Part shown: in pieces, positions 10,265-20,349 of the stretch
Layout: the number at the start of each line of letters is the position of its first letter
Numbering within the stretch: position 1 is the stretch's first letter
NCBI GenBank assembly: GCA_043803945.1
Contig: JAZDJN010000054.1
Span: 64,001-128,000, forward strand
Source: a bacterium
GTDB taxonomy: Bacteria > Bacteroidota > Ignavibacteria > UBA10030
DNA length: 64,000 nucleotides
Direction of reading: 5' to 3'
The notes under the pieces: generated by a model
What the model was told of the DNA's origin: nothing
What the model saw: the letters and a program-made list of their open reading frames with translations, nothing else
Database searches by the model: none
Translations under genes and position numbers: made by a program

Positions 10265-12250
10265 ATGGAGGAAGCTATGTCTGCGACAATGAAACGATGC
10301 CTCAAAATATTTTCAATCCATATTATCCTGTCCAGTATTCTCTTTACGCAATCGTGGAAATATCATGTCGAGTCTCCTGATAAGAAAACAACGATGGTGA
10401 TCGAAGTGAAGGATCAGATCCTCATTTCAATAAATCATCTCGGCCAACCAATCGTGTATCCCAGTCCCATCTCGATGGAGTTGGAGGGTAATGTCATACT
10501 CGGGAAGAATCCAACCGTTGTAAACGTCGAAGCTGATCAAATTGCCAGCGAAATCGAACCGGCGGTTGCAGAGAAACGTAAAGTCATCCACGATATCTAT
10601 AACACAATGAAGCTTGATTTCGCAGGGAAGTATGGTCTGACAATTCGTGCGTATGACGATGGTGTTGCGTATCGATTCTTTACGAAATTACCCGGCGATA
10701 TCGTCGTGAGGTATGAAGAGCTCGTGGTGAACCTTGCCGAGGAAGACTCTCTCTGGTTTCCGCAGGAACAGAGTTTTATGTCCCACTCAGAGCGGTTGTA
10801 TCCTTTCTATGCTGTGAAGTCCATTCAGGATACGCAGATGTGCTGCCTGCCTGCACTAGTGGCGAAAGCAAACGGATGGAAGGTTGCTATTACAGAATCG
10901 GATTTACTCGATTATGCCGGATTATATTTACAGGGAGTTGGCGGAGGAAAAGCTTCGTTGAAATCGAAGTTCCCGCCCTATCCACTCGAAGAGAAAATGA
11001 ATCGTGATAGGAATCTTCGGGTAACAAAAGCCGCAGATTACATTGCGAAAACAAATGGCACACGAGAATTTCCCTGGCGTGTTTTTGGTATTGCAGAGAA
11101 GGACGGTGGACTAATCGAAAATGATATCGTCTATCGGCTTGGAACTCCAAGCAAAATTTTGGATCGATCGTGGATCAAACCGGGGAGAGTTGCATGGGAT
11201 TGGTGGAATGCGAATAATGTCTACGGAGTGAATTTTAAATCTGGAGTGAATACGGACACTTACAAATATTACATCGACTTTGCATCCAAATATGGAATCG
11301 AATACATCATTCTCGATGAGGGATGGTCGATGCCGGCAGATGTCTTCAAAATCGATCCGAAGATGAATCTGGAGGAGTTGTTTGCGTACGCAAAGCAGAA
11401 GAATGTCGGTATCATTTTGTGGGTGCTCTGGAATGCCATAGAATCGGAGACGGAGAAGAAATTGGATACCTTCGTTGAGTGGGGGGCAAAGGGTATCAAG
11501 GTCGATTTCATGCAACGCGATGATCAGAAGATGGTGAACTATTATGAACGGATCGCCAAAGAAGCCGCGAAGCGGCATCTGCTTGTCGATTTCCATGGGT
11601 CGTATAAGCCCACCGGATTAAGCCGGACATACCCCAATGTTCTTACCCGCGAAGGAGTATGCGGACTTGAACATAACAAGTGGTCGGAAGACATCACACC
11701 GAAACATGATGTAACGCTTCCTTTCACACGAATGTTTGCAGGGGCGATGGATTTTACACCGGGTGCAATGGTGAATGCGGCCAAAGGAAATTTTAAGATT
11801 ATCTTCAACCAACCGATGAGTCAGGGAACACGCTGTCACCAGTTGGCAATGTATGTTGTGTACGAAAGTCCTCTGCAAATGTTAAGCGACGTCCCCTCAA
11901 ATTATCTGAAGGAACCGGAGGTGATGGAGTTTCTCGCAAAGGTGCCGACCACGTGGGATGAGACAAAAGCCCTCAATGCCAGGGTGGGAGAGTATGTAAC
12001 AGTGGCTCGGAAGAAAGGGAATGACTGGTACATCGGCTCGATGACCGACTGGACGCCGCGCGACTTCGAGTTGAATTTATCCTTCCTTGATACTGGAATG
12101 TACGAAGCCTTAATTTACGCTGATGGCATGAATGCAGATCGCTATGGCAGCGATTATGCAAAGGAAAAGAAGAGCGTAACAAAGTCTGACCTGCTCAAGA
12201 TCCATTTAGCTCCGGGTGGAGGATGGGTGGGAGTGATTAGGAAAAGATGA
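10265..12250 (+). CDS. Glycoside hydrolase family 97 (alpha-glucosidase/alpha-galactosidase)
   Basis: RAYDDGVAYRF, WIKPGRVAWDWW, YIDFA, LDEGW, GIKVDF, DFHG, MDFTPG, LQML.D, HLAPGGG. Confidence 0.93.
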   Translation: MEEAMSATMKRCLKIFSIHIILSSILFTQSWKYHVESPDKKTTMVIEVKDQILISINHLGQPIVYPSPISMELEGNVILGKNPTVVNVEADQIASEIEPAVAEKRKVIHDIYNTMKLDFAGKYGLTIRAYDDGVAYRFFTKLPGDIVVRYEELVVNLAEEDSLWFPQEQSFMSHSERLYPFYAVKSIQDTQMCCLPALVAKANGWKVAITESDLLDYAGLYLQGVGGGKASLKSKFPPYPLEEKMNRDRNLRVTKAADYIAKTNGTREFPWRVFGIAEKDGGLIENDIVYRLGTPSKILDRSWIKPGRVAWDWWNANNVYGVNFKSGVNTDTYKYYIDFASKYGIEYIILDEGWSMPADVFKIDPKMNLEELFAYAKQKNVGIILWVLWNAIESETEKKLDTFVEWGAKGIKVDFMQRDDQKMVNYYERIAKEAAKRHLLVDFHGSYKPTGLSRTYPNVLTREGVCGLEHNKWSEDITPKHDVTLPFTRMFAGAMDFTPGAMVNAAKGNFKIIFNQPMSQGTRCHQLAMYVVYESPLQMLSDVPSNYLKEPEVMEFLAKVPTTWDETKALNARVGEYVTVARKKGNDWYIGSMTDWTPRDFELNLSFLDTGMYEALIYADGMNADRYGSDYAKEKKSVTKSDLLKIHLAPGGGWVGVIRKR

Positions 12251-12606
12251 GAGTGAAAGAGAGTAAGAGGGTGAGGGGGTGAGAGGAAGATAGGGAGAAA
12301 GTGGGAATGAGAGAATATGTGAATGAGAAAGTGCGGGAGTGGTGGGCGAGCAGAAGTTATCGAGAAAAAAGATTGTGAGAAAAGCGTAGAGACAAGTACG
12401 ATTTTTTTTACATTGGCTTGCGGCTGGGAGGGAGCTTTGCTCCCGACCACAGAGGAAATAAATTCGTTGACAAGCTCGGAGATAAGGCAGACATTTCACA
12501 ATTGCTCACAACTGAAAGAGGTCGGACTTTTGCGAAGATATTCTATCTTTTCCAGAAAAAACCTGATACATTCACACCGTCAAAAATATATGTAGATGAA
12601 TTCAAA

Positions 12607-13902
12607 TTGAAAAAGCTCATTTTACTTCTATTAATCTTTATTACTGCTAATGCCCAGGAATCTCCCGAAGCTAAACTGAAACGCATGCAATGGTTCGCCG
12701 ATGCGAAGCTCGGGATATTCATCCATTGGGGCATCTATGCCGTGAACGGCATCGACGAGTCGTGGTCATTCTACAACGGCTATATTTCGTATGATGATTA
12801 CATGAAGCAGCTTAACCGTTTCACTGCCTCACATTATAATCCGGCATATTGGGCTAAGTTGATAAAGGAGAGCGGCGCACGCTATGCAGTCCTCACGAGC
12901 AAACACCACGACGGCGTCGCATTGTGGGAGACTACCTTCAATGATCTCAATGTCGTAACAAAGACTCCGGCGAAAAAGGATCTGATTCGTCCTTTCGTCA
13001 ATGCTCTTCACAAGGAGGGGTTGAAGACCGGGCTCTATTTCTCTCATCTCGATTGGTCGCATCCCGACTATCCGCATTTTACCAATAAAGAAATCCGCTA
13101 CGTAAACGATTCAATCCGCTGGAATCGATTTCTAGCATTTCAGCAAGGACAGATCAAAGAGCTCTGCACGCTCTACAAACCGGACCTGCTCTGGTTCGAT
13201 GGCGATTGGGATTACTCTGCTGAGCAGTGGAGAGCCAAGGAGACACGAGCGATGATTTCCCAACTCCTACCTAATGCAATCGTGAACTCCCGGATTAATG
13301 GTTATGGGGATTACGATACTCCTGAGAATGGTGTTCCTATTGTTAAACCAAAGAGCCAATGGTGGGAGCTCTGTATGACCATGAATGACTCGTGGGGCTA
13401 TCAGGGGAATGACAAGAATTATAAAACGCCCAATCAGGTCATTCGTATCTTTGTCGATTGCGTCAGCATGGGTGGAAATCTTTTGCTGGACATAGGGCCG
13501 AAAGCGGATGGGACAATATCCGTTGAGCAGGAGAATATTCTCAAAGAGCTCGGCCGCTGGACGAAGAAACACCGGGAGGCTATCTATGGAACACTCGCCG
13601 GCATCCTGAAAGATTACTACTATGGGCCTACAGCCTTATCAAAAGATAGTACACTGCTCTATCTCTTCCTTGATTCAGAACCGAAAGGTCCGATTACCAT
13701 AAAGGGATTGAAGAATAAAGTGAATCGGGTCTGGGTTGTTGGCAATGGTACGAAGATTGAAGCAACAGTCATGATGAAACCATACTGGAGTTCTATGCCA
13801 GGATTGCTTTACATCGACGTACCGAAAAAAGTATTGGATACATACGTGACGGTCCTCGCAGTGCTGTTGGATGGTAAAATTCAACTGCTGAAACCAGAAT
13901 AA
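12607..13902 (+). CDS. Alpha-L-fucosidase (GH29)
   Basis: KLGIFIHWG, TSKHHDG, LWFDGDW, WELCMTMNDSWGY, GGNLLLDIGP; TTG 12607 gives a signal peptide (MKKLILLLLIFITANA) and is preferred to the ORF-track start at 12418. Confidence 0.92.
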   Translation: MKKLILLLLIFITANAQESPEAKLKRMQWFADAKLGIFIHWGIYAVNGIDESWSFYNGYISYDDYMKQLNRFTASHYNPAYWAKLIKESGARYAVLTSKHHDGVALWETTFNDLNVVTKTPAKKDLIRPFVNALHKEGLKTGLYFSHLDWSHPDYPHFTNKEIRYVNDSIRWNRFLAFQQGQIKELCTLYKPDLLWFDGDWDYSAEQWRAKETRAMISQLLPNAIVNSRINGYGDYDTPENGVPIVKPKSQWWELCMTMNDSWGYQGNDKNYKTPNQVIRIFVDCVSMGGNLLLDIGPKADGTISVEQENILKELGRWTKKHREAIYGTLAGILKDYYYGPTALSKDSTLLYLFLDSEPKGPITIKGLKNKVNRVWVVGNGTKIEATVMMKPYWSSMPGLLYIDVPKKVLDTYVTVLAVLLDGKIQLLKPE

Positions 13903-13909
13903 AATACTT

Positions 13910-14263
13910 GCCGCCAAGACGCCAAGAACTAAACAGAATTTTACTCTACGAGGGTGACTGAAAAGTAAACAAACAGGACTGTCATCCCCGAATGATTCAA
14001 CCTGCCTGTCGGCAGGCAGGTCGGGGATTTGTAAACATTATTCTTTAGGGTAAGACACCCGATAAAAGTCCCGGTATATGGTTTCGCTTCTCAGGAATCC
14101 CGCATTTGCGGAATCCCAAAGAACGGGAAATGCCTTAAAGCGGCACATTCGGGTGAGATATTTTTTTTTGACGGCCTCATGAAATCACTCTTTTATTTCG
14201 ACATCGGAGCGTCGAAATGAGCGGAACAAATAAAACCTTTACTTCCTTGGCGCCTTTGGCGGC
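13910..14263. repeat. Composite intergenic repeat element: outer gccgccaag inverted arms, inner REP-like hairpins with insertions
   Basis: gccgccaagacgccaag (13910) / cttggcgcctttggcggc (14246-14263); inner gtcatccccgaatg..tcggggat and gacacccgataaaag..cattcgggtgaga. Confidence 0.8.
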
Positions 14264-14289
14264 CATCTTTCAAAAAGGAGACATTTCTC

Positions 14290-15192
14290 ATGCAGCACAA
14301 TATCCCGGTTCTCCATGTCTGTGAGCAGACACTCGCTCAAGGCTATGAAAAAGCATTGCTCACGCTTTACATCAACGGTGTTCGACTGAAAACGCAATAC
14401 GACAAACCGGATGACCCGCCCAGCATCGATGCCACAATGGATATAACGATTCTCGAACCGCTCACCGATCCCATGATCCATAAAGCATTTCCCGGAGGCA
14501 TCGACGATCTCAAAGAATATTCGATGGAGCTAATGGGAGCGAAGGATCACTGGGTGAAGAATATCAATGATTCGGCAGATACACGCTGGGAGTACACCTA
14601 TCATGGCCGTCTTGCCAACTATGGCGCGTGGCAGGAGCTTCACAACGGCCGATCAAGTAAAGCGGGTTTTTTCGACATCGATCAGATTGAAGTGGTTATT
14701 AACAAGCTGGTAAAGCAGCCATTCACACGTCAGGCGCAGATGATCACCTGGATGCCGAACCTCGATGTCGATTGCTATGATCCGCCCTGTTTACAGTCAA
14801 TCTGGTATCGTGTAATGGAAGGGCAGGATGGGACCTGGTGGTTGAATTGCAATATCCGTTTCAGAAGCAACGATGCGTGGGGCGCGAACTTCATGAACAT
14901 GTTCGGCTTCACTCTCTTCAGCCGCGATATCATTGCAGCCGGACTCACCGCGAAAACAGGTAAGACAGTGAATCTTGGCCGTTTGAATTGGCATGCTGAT
15001 AGCTATCACATTTATGGCAAGGATATCGAGGCAGCGAAACAAATGCTATTTGACCGAATCGATCTGATTAGTTTTGAGGAGCGAACCTATAACTTCCACG
15101 ATGAATTTATTCAGGAGATGTTCAACGGAGCCGAGGTGACGATTCGGGAAAAAATAAAAATGTACGATCAAACTCATGCAAAGCGTTCGTAA
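14290..15192 (+). CDS. Thymidylate synthase-like protein, archaeal ThyA-type
   Basis: Strong SD (AAGGAG); YTYHGRL, TRQA, DPPCLQ (catalytic Cys), FRSNDAWGANFMN, DSYHIY. Confidence 0.8.
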   Translation: MQHNIPVLHVCEQTLAQGYEKALLTLYINGVRLKTQYDKPDDPPSIDATMDITILEPLTDPMIHKAFPGGIDDLKEYSMELMGAKDHWVKNINDSADTRWEYTYHGRLANYGAWQELHNGRSSKAGFFDIDQIEVVINKLVKQPFTRQAQMITWMPNLDVDCYDPPCLQSIWYRVMEGQDGTWWLNCNIRFRSNDAWGANFMNMFGFTLFSRDIIAAGLTAKTGKTVNLGRLNWHADSYHIYGKDIEAAKQMLFDRIDLISFEERTYNFHDEFIQEMFNGAEVTIREKIKMYDQTHAKRS

Positions 15193-15234
15193 GCTGTAAT
15201 AAGAATCCGTAGTTACGCAGCATATCAGAAAATA

Positions 15235-15345
15235 GCCACTGAGTCACCGAGAACACAGAGATATATCTTTAAGTCTTAAATACTTTCAATTTTTTTGTAC
15301 TTCCACTTGTTCTCTTCTTCTCTGGGTGCTCTGAGCCTCCGTGGC
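15235..15345. repeat. Inverted pair of 27-bp arms with 9-bp period
   Basis: gccactgagtcaccgagaacacagaga / tctctgggtgctctgagcctccgtggc. Confidence 0.8.
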
Positions 15346-15379
15346 TTAGTATTTGCCTGTTTACGTCAAACGTGTTTCA

Positions 15380-17920
15380 ATGAGTATGAACCTTCATTCT
15401 ATTATGAGGCAGATAGTGAAAAGATCATCGATCGTTCAAGCGATTCTTCTACTCGCTGCTATTGTTCCATCTTCATTACTCTTCTCACAAACATTGAAAG
15501 AGGCAATGGCGATTCGAATTCCCCGGCAGTTCCAGCGGTCGGTGCTTGCCATCGATCCCATCGAAGGAAAACTTATTACCGGAACATGGAAAGCTCCCCG
15601 AGAGGGAGATATTCAGATCTTTGGCAGTACAGATACTTCAAAATGGGAAAAGGTCGCTGCGGATTCGAACGGCTGGTTTGCAGGAAGAATGCTCAGTGAT
15701 GGGTATCTCTATACAACAGTCAATTCCGAGAAGAAGCGAATCGTAATTTTTGAAGGGATGGGCAACTCGTACGCGTTTATCAATGGTATTCCTCGGATGG
15801 GAGGGAAATATGCTTCAAAGGATACCTACGAATCCTGGGAACCTCGTTTTGATTACAGCCAGATACCAGTCCTTCTTGAACGGGGAGAGAATGAATTCCT
15901 CATCCGCAGCACACGCGGACGCGTGAAGTTAATACTGAAAGATCCCTCGGCACCTGTTGCATTCAATCCCAAAGATGTGACATTGCCCGATGGACTTCTC
16001 GCTGAGGAGATCGATACCTGGGGAGCGATCGTCATACTTAATGCAACTGAGAACATCCACAAAGGATTAACCGTCGTTGTGACCGGTGAAGGTCTTGAAA
16101 AAACAGTTACGGCAGTGCAGACATTGCAGCCGCTTGCTGCAAGAAAAATTCCTTTCCGCATTAAGGGTGCTGCCCCGCGTGTTGAAGGGAAAGTTGTTCT
16201 AACACTTCAACTTTTTCTGAAGGATGGCCAGAAGGAGCAGTTGCTCGATACGAGGACTCTGGATCTGGTTATCAAGCATCCGCTCAAGAATCACAAACGA
16301 ACATTCATCAGTAAGATTGATGGCAGCGTACAGTACTATGCCGTGAATCCGGCACAGAATATCGATCCGAAATTCAAACCGGCACTTCTGCTCACGGTCC
16401 ATGGTGCTTCGGTGGAGGCTGTGAACCAGGCAGGATCGTATGCGAGCAAGACGTGGGTGCATATTGTAGCGGCGACAAACCGGCGCCCGTATGGATTCGA
16501 TTGGGAGGATTGGGGAAGGATCGATGCTCTCGAAGTACTGGATGATTTCAAGAACCGTTATCCGGTCGATGAGGAGCGTGTGTATCTCACCGGTCACTCA
16601 ATGGGGGGCCATGGTGCCTGGATACTTGGAGCAACTTACCCGGATAAATTTGCAGCTATCGGTCCGAGTGCTGGATGGATCAGTTTCCAAACGTATGCAT
16701 CACGACAAAAGGACTCGGGGTCGACTGAGATGGAGAAACTGATCGCTCGCTCTATGCTTCCAGGAAATACACTGGCTCTGGCACAGAACTATAAAAATCA
16801 TGGCGTCTACATCTTGCATGGTGATAAAGATGAAAGCGTCCCTGTTGAGCAGGCGCGGCGTATGGTGAAAGTGCTCGGCGAGTTCCATAAGGATTTTGTG
16901 TATCACGAACAGAAAGATGCGGGCCATTGGTGGGATGTGTCGGATGAATCGGGCACAGATTGTGTCGACTGGCAGCCGATGTTCGATTTCTTTGCACATC
17001 ATGCACTTCCTCAAAAGAATCGCATTCGCAAAGTCGAATTTGTCACAGCATCGCCTGGTGTCTCTGCTCAGTGCAACTGGTTACGCATCGAAGCCCAGAT
17101 ACAACAATACGAACTTAGTTTGGCGAGTGTGCTGCTTGATCCAGGAGTGCACCGCTTCACTGGCACAACACAAAATGTTGCACGACTTGCCTTCGATGTC
17201 TCATCCTTCGCAGCGCTGGATTCATTGACGGTGAATTTGGATGGCAATGTCTTGAAAACGACAGTCGCAAGTTCAGTGCAGGGCGAATTGTGGTTAGCGA
17301 GAATCGAAGGCGCATGGTCGGTCAGTACTAAACCAGCTTCAACATCAAAGAATCCCCAGCGGTACGGTGCATTCAAATCTGTAGTTAACAATCGAGTGCT
17401 CTTTGTGTATGGTACGAAAGGATCGGCTGAAGAGAATGCCTGGGCATATGGAAAAGCACGATTCGATGCGGAATGCTTCCAGTACCAAGGCAACGGTGCT
17501 ATCGAAATTATCGCGGACACAGATTTTAATCCAACTGAAGAGGTAAACCGAAATGTGATTATTTATGGCAATGCAAACACCAATAGTGCATGGAAACACT
17601 TGCTTGGAGATTGTCCGGTTCAGGTGAAAAAGGGATCGGTGCAAATTGGAGATAAAATCTTTAACGGTGATAACCTAGCCTCCATCTTTCTCAGACCGCG
17701 GAAGGGAAGTGATATTGCGAGTGTTGGGGTTGTTACCGGTTCGGGTATTGCAGGGATGCGTCTGACCAACACACGACCATATTTGTATGCAGGGTATGCT
17801 CTGCCCGACCTCGTTATTTATGACACAGAGGTCTTGAAGCAAAGCAGCGAAGGATTAAGAGTTGCTGGATTTTTTGGACTCGATTGGAACGTTGAGTCTG
17901 GAGAAATTGTTTATAAATAA
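15380..17920 (+). CDS. Secreted alpha/beta-hydrolase (S9 peptidase / esterase-like) with large accessory domains
   Basis: Signal peptide; GHSMGG nucleophile elbow, LHGDKDESVP (Asp), AGHWW (His); start uncertain (15380/15386/15404). Confidence 0.8.
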   Translation: MSMNLHSIMRQIVKRSSIVQAILLLAAIVPSSLLFSQTLKEAMAIRIPRQFQRSVLAIDPIEGKLITGTWKAPREGDIQIFGSTDTSKWEKVAADSNGWFAGRMLSDGYLYTTVNSEKKRIVIFEGMGNSYAFINGIPRMGGKYASKDTYESWEPRFDYSQIPVLLERGENEFLIRSTRGRVKLILKDPSAPVAFNPKDVTLPDGLLAEEIDTWGAIVILNATENIHKGLTVVVTGEGLEKTVTAVQTLQPLAARKIPFRIKGAAPRVEGKVVLTLQLFLKDGQKEQLLDTRTLDLVIKHPLKNHKRTFISKIDGSVQYYAVNPAQNIDPKFKPALLLTVHGASVEAVNQAGSYASKTWVHIVAATNRRPYGFDWEDWGRIDALEVLDDFKNRYPVDEERVYLTGHSMGGHGAWILGATYPDKFAAIGPSAGWISFQTYASRQKDSGSTEMEKLIARSMLPGNTLALAQNYKNHGVYILHGDKDESVPVEQARRMVKVLGEFHKDFVYHEQKDAGHWWDVSDESGTDCVDWQPMFDFFAHHALPQKNRIRKVEFVTASPGVSAQCNWLRIEAQIQQYELSLASVLLDPGVHRFTGTTQNVARLAFDVSSFAALDSLTVNLDGNVLKTTVASSVQGELWLARIEGAWSVSTKPASTSKNPQRYGAFKSVVNNRVLFVYGTKGSAEENAWAYGKARFDAECFQYQGNGAIEIIADTDFNPTEEVNRNVIIYGNANTNSAWKHLLGDCPVQVKKGSVQIGDKIFNGDNLASIFLRPRKGSDIASVGVVTGSGIAGMRLTNTRPYLYAGYALPDLVIYDTEVLKQSSEGLRVAGFFGLDWNVESGEIVYK

Positions 17921-18000
17921 ACGAGAATAAATAAGCCGCCAAGTCGCCAAGAGCAAAAAGTAGCTTGAGAAAGAGATTAAAAATTTATCTAAGGAGGAAT

Positions 18001-18243
18001 ATGCAAAAGGTCATTCATGTCCACGATGTTTTGGATTTACTTAGATCAACTTCAAAAGACTTTTCATCCGATGGATTACTCTCACACTTGAATGACAAAT
18101 ATGGCCAGAATGTTCGATTTACAAATTGTACCGATCGGCTGCTGACCATCGATCAATTGCTCGGTTTCCTCACCGAAAGGGGTAAGGTCGAGATCAGAGA
18201 TGGGAACGTGATCCTCCTGGCTAAGGAAGCTTGTTCTTCATGA
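18001..18243 (+). CDS. YecH family (DUF2492) putative metal-binding protein
   Basis: SD AAGGAGG; pattern IHVHDVL...YG.NVRFTNC...FL.ERGK...C matches the YecH family as I recall it. Confidence 0.75.
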   Translation: MQKVIHVHDVLDLLRSTSKDFSSDGLLSHLNDKYGQNVRFTNCTDRLLTIDQLLGFLTERGKVEIRDGNVILLAKEACSS

Positions 18244-18759
18244 TGTTCCGGGAACTATCAGATTCTCTTTAATGTTCATAGCAGAGCATTGATACAAATA
18301 TGTAGCTGACTGAAAAAGAAGAAACCCGCCTATTGATGATAGGTTATGAGGTCTTGAGGAAGGCTGCATTAAACATACAATCCCGCTGCATGCGGGATTT
18401 GGTGTTTATAGCGGCTACAGAAACGAACGAGGGGCCGTCCTAAAAGTACCAAACTGTTGCACCCGATCGCTTGCCATTGTACACCCAAAGAGAATCTTTT
18501 TCGCAGGCGGGGAAGAACCGGAATCCAGTTCTTTGACTGTGATCTGGATCCCGTGTCAAGCATGGGATGACATTCTCTTTTCTTGAAGAAGCCATCGCTT
18601 TTGGCGGCGGTCATTCACTCAATCACTTGCTGTTTCACCGCCAGCATCTCTTTAAAATTCTTCCTGATTGAACCCTTAATTTGTTATAATCTTTCCGAAG
18701 AGGTCAGACGATAAGGATGAACAAAAGAGGCCTGGAAAACGACTATCATGTGAAAGCCA

Positions 18760-19308
18760 ATGGAAACGATTGAGAAACTTAGAGAGGAACTGTTAGTAAT
18801 TCGATGTCGCTTGGGTGAACTCTCCGCATATCGAGAGTTAGTCGAGATGTTTGAATCCAGGCTATTGTATTACATCAGAAGAATAGTCAATGATGAAGAG
18901 AGTGCCTACGATATCTTACAAGAAGTGTGGCTTGTCGTGTTACATAGAATTAAGATCCTGAGAGATACGAAAGCATTTCGTTCCTGGCTGTATAAGATCG
19001 CTCATGATAAAGCAGTATCGAAGATTCGTTCTGAGATAGTACTTGAAAAAACTAGAGTGGAATTCCAAATCCACAATTCAGATTTCGTGGAGTGGGAGTG
19101 GAATGTGGATCTGATTACCATAATTCATCGATTGCTTGATCAACTCCCGATTCAACAGCGCGAAGTTTTTATTTTATTCTTCTTAGAAGAACTAAACTAC
19201 GAAGAGATTGCCAAGATTACCGGTACGAATATCGGGACCGTAAAATCCAGACTCTTCTATGCTAAGAAAGCGATACGTGCACACTTAAAGGAGTACAAAA
19301 ATGTCTGA
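18760..19308 (+). CDS. ECF (sigma70 group 4) RNA polymerase sigma factor
   Basis: DILQEVW, FRSWLYKIA (region 2); YEEIAKI, GTVKSRLFYA (region 4). Confidence 0.93.
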   Translation: METIEKLREELLVIRCRLGELSAYRELVEMFESRLLYYIRRIVNDEESAYDILQEVWLVVLHRIKILRDTKAFRSWLYKIAHDKAVSKIRSEIVLEKTRVEFQIHNSDFVEWEWNVDLITIIHRLLDQLPIQQREVFILFFLEELNYEEIAKITGTNIGTVKSRLFYAKKAIRAHLKEYKNV

Positions 19309-19684
19309 AAATATGCCTTCCAGAGAAATGAAACAACTATTCTACACAGAAGGGACTGAACGACGAGAATCCTTTTCGGACTATCGAGGGGAGGTTGAAA
19401 AAGTAATAGATCTCCACGTTCGAATTCAACGATTGCAGAAGTGGATTACGATACCAATATTTTTGATGCTTATTCTGCTTGGAGTTCTTCTTCTTGTGAG
19501 CTTAGGATGGGTCAGTAATGCTGAATCGAAAATCCAAAACCTCGTCATTGGATTTGGAATTATCACTGTTGCTCTTGGAATGATTCTGCAAACCCAAATG
19601 TTGAGAAATACACTAGATCAAAAAAGAGAACTCTTGGAGATTCAGATACGACTTTCTGAAATTGCTGAAATGATGAAGTCATAG
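19301..19684 (+). CDS. Two-TM membrane protein, candidate anti-sigma factor
   Basis: Overlaps the ECF stop; soluble N-terminus followed by two hydrophobic segments. Confidence 0.6.
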   Translation: MSENMPSREMKQLFYTEGTERRESFSDYRGEVEKVIDLHVRIQRLQKWITIPIFLMLILLGVLLLVSLGWVSNAESKIQNLVIGFGIITVALGMILQTQMLRNTLDQKRELLEIQIRLSEIAEMMKS

Positions 19685-19803
19685 GTTTCTTGTGATAACG
19701 ACGATCGTCTGGTTTATTCTCCTTCGATCTTGTGTTTCTTCTCTCACTTCTCATTATATTCCCAAAGCGATCAGATTACTTCCATTACTATCAGCACAGG
19801 TTT

Positions 19804-20328
19804 ATGGAACTCATCCTTTTCATCCTCGGCACAATATTCCTTGTCGTCTTCTCGTGGAAATTTTCTGTAAAGGCCGGCCGCTATCATGGCATCTACCGGT
19901 TCTTTGGTTTTGAAAGTATTCTCGCGTTGCTCCTTCTCAATTACAAGTCTTGGCTCAGCGATCCCGCTTCGATTCACCAGATACTCTCAGTCATTCTTCT
20001 CACCATCTCTCTCTTTGCGGCAATTGCCGCGTTCTATTTCTTTTTGAGGTTGGGGAAATCGGAAGGCCAATTAGAAAATACTACCAAGCTCGTGAAGATT
20101 GGAATCTATAAATTTATCCGGCATCCGATGTATGCCTCACTGATGCTGCTTGGGACAGGGATCTTTCTCAAGTCGATTGATCTTACAACAACGCTTATCG
20201 CCGGTGTCAATATCTTTGCACTCTTTCTTACCGCAAAGAAGGAGGAGAAGGAAATGGTGGCAAAATTTGGCTTTGAATATGAGTCTTATATGAAACGAAC
20301 AAAAATGTTTCTTCCTTATCTCTTTTAA
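19804..20328 (+). CDS. Isoprenylcysteine carboxyl methyltransferase / PEMT family membrane protein
   Basis: LVKIGIYKFIRHPMY, KKEEKEM..KFG.EY..YMKRTKMFLP. Confidence 0.85.
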   Translation: MELILFILGTIFLVVFSWKFSVKAGRYHGIYRFFGFESILALLLLNYKSWLSDPASIHQILSVILLTISLFAAIAAFYFFLRLGKSEGQLENTTKLVKIGIYKFIRHPMYASLMLLGTGIFLKSIDLTTTLIAGVNIFALFLTAKKEEKEMVAKFGFEYESYMKRTKMFLPYLF

Positions 20329-20349
20329 TTGATTCGAGATCGTTCAAGC

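Noticed and set aside
12418-12606. N-terminal extension of the first GH29 in the ORF track
   Set aside because: It overlaps a REP-like hairpin and non-coding-looking sequence; a signal peptide begins at TTG 12607.
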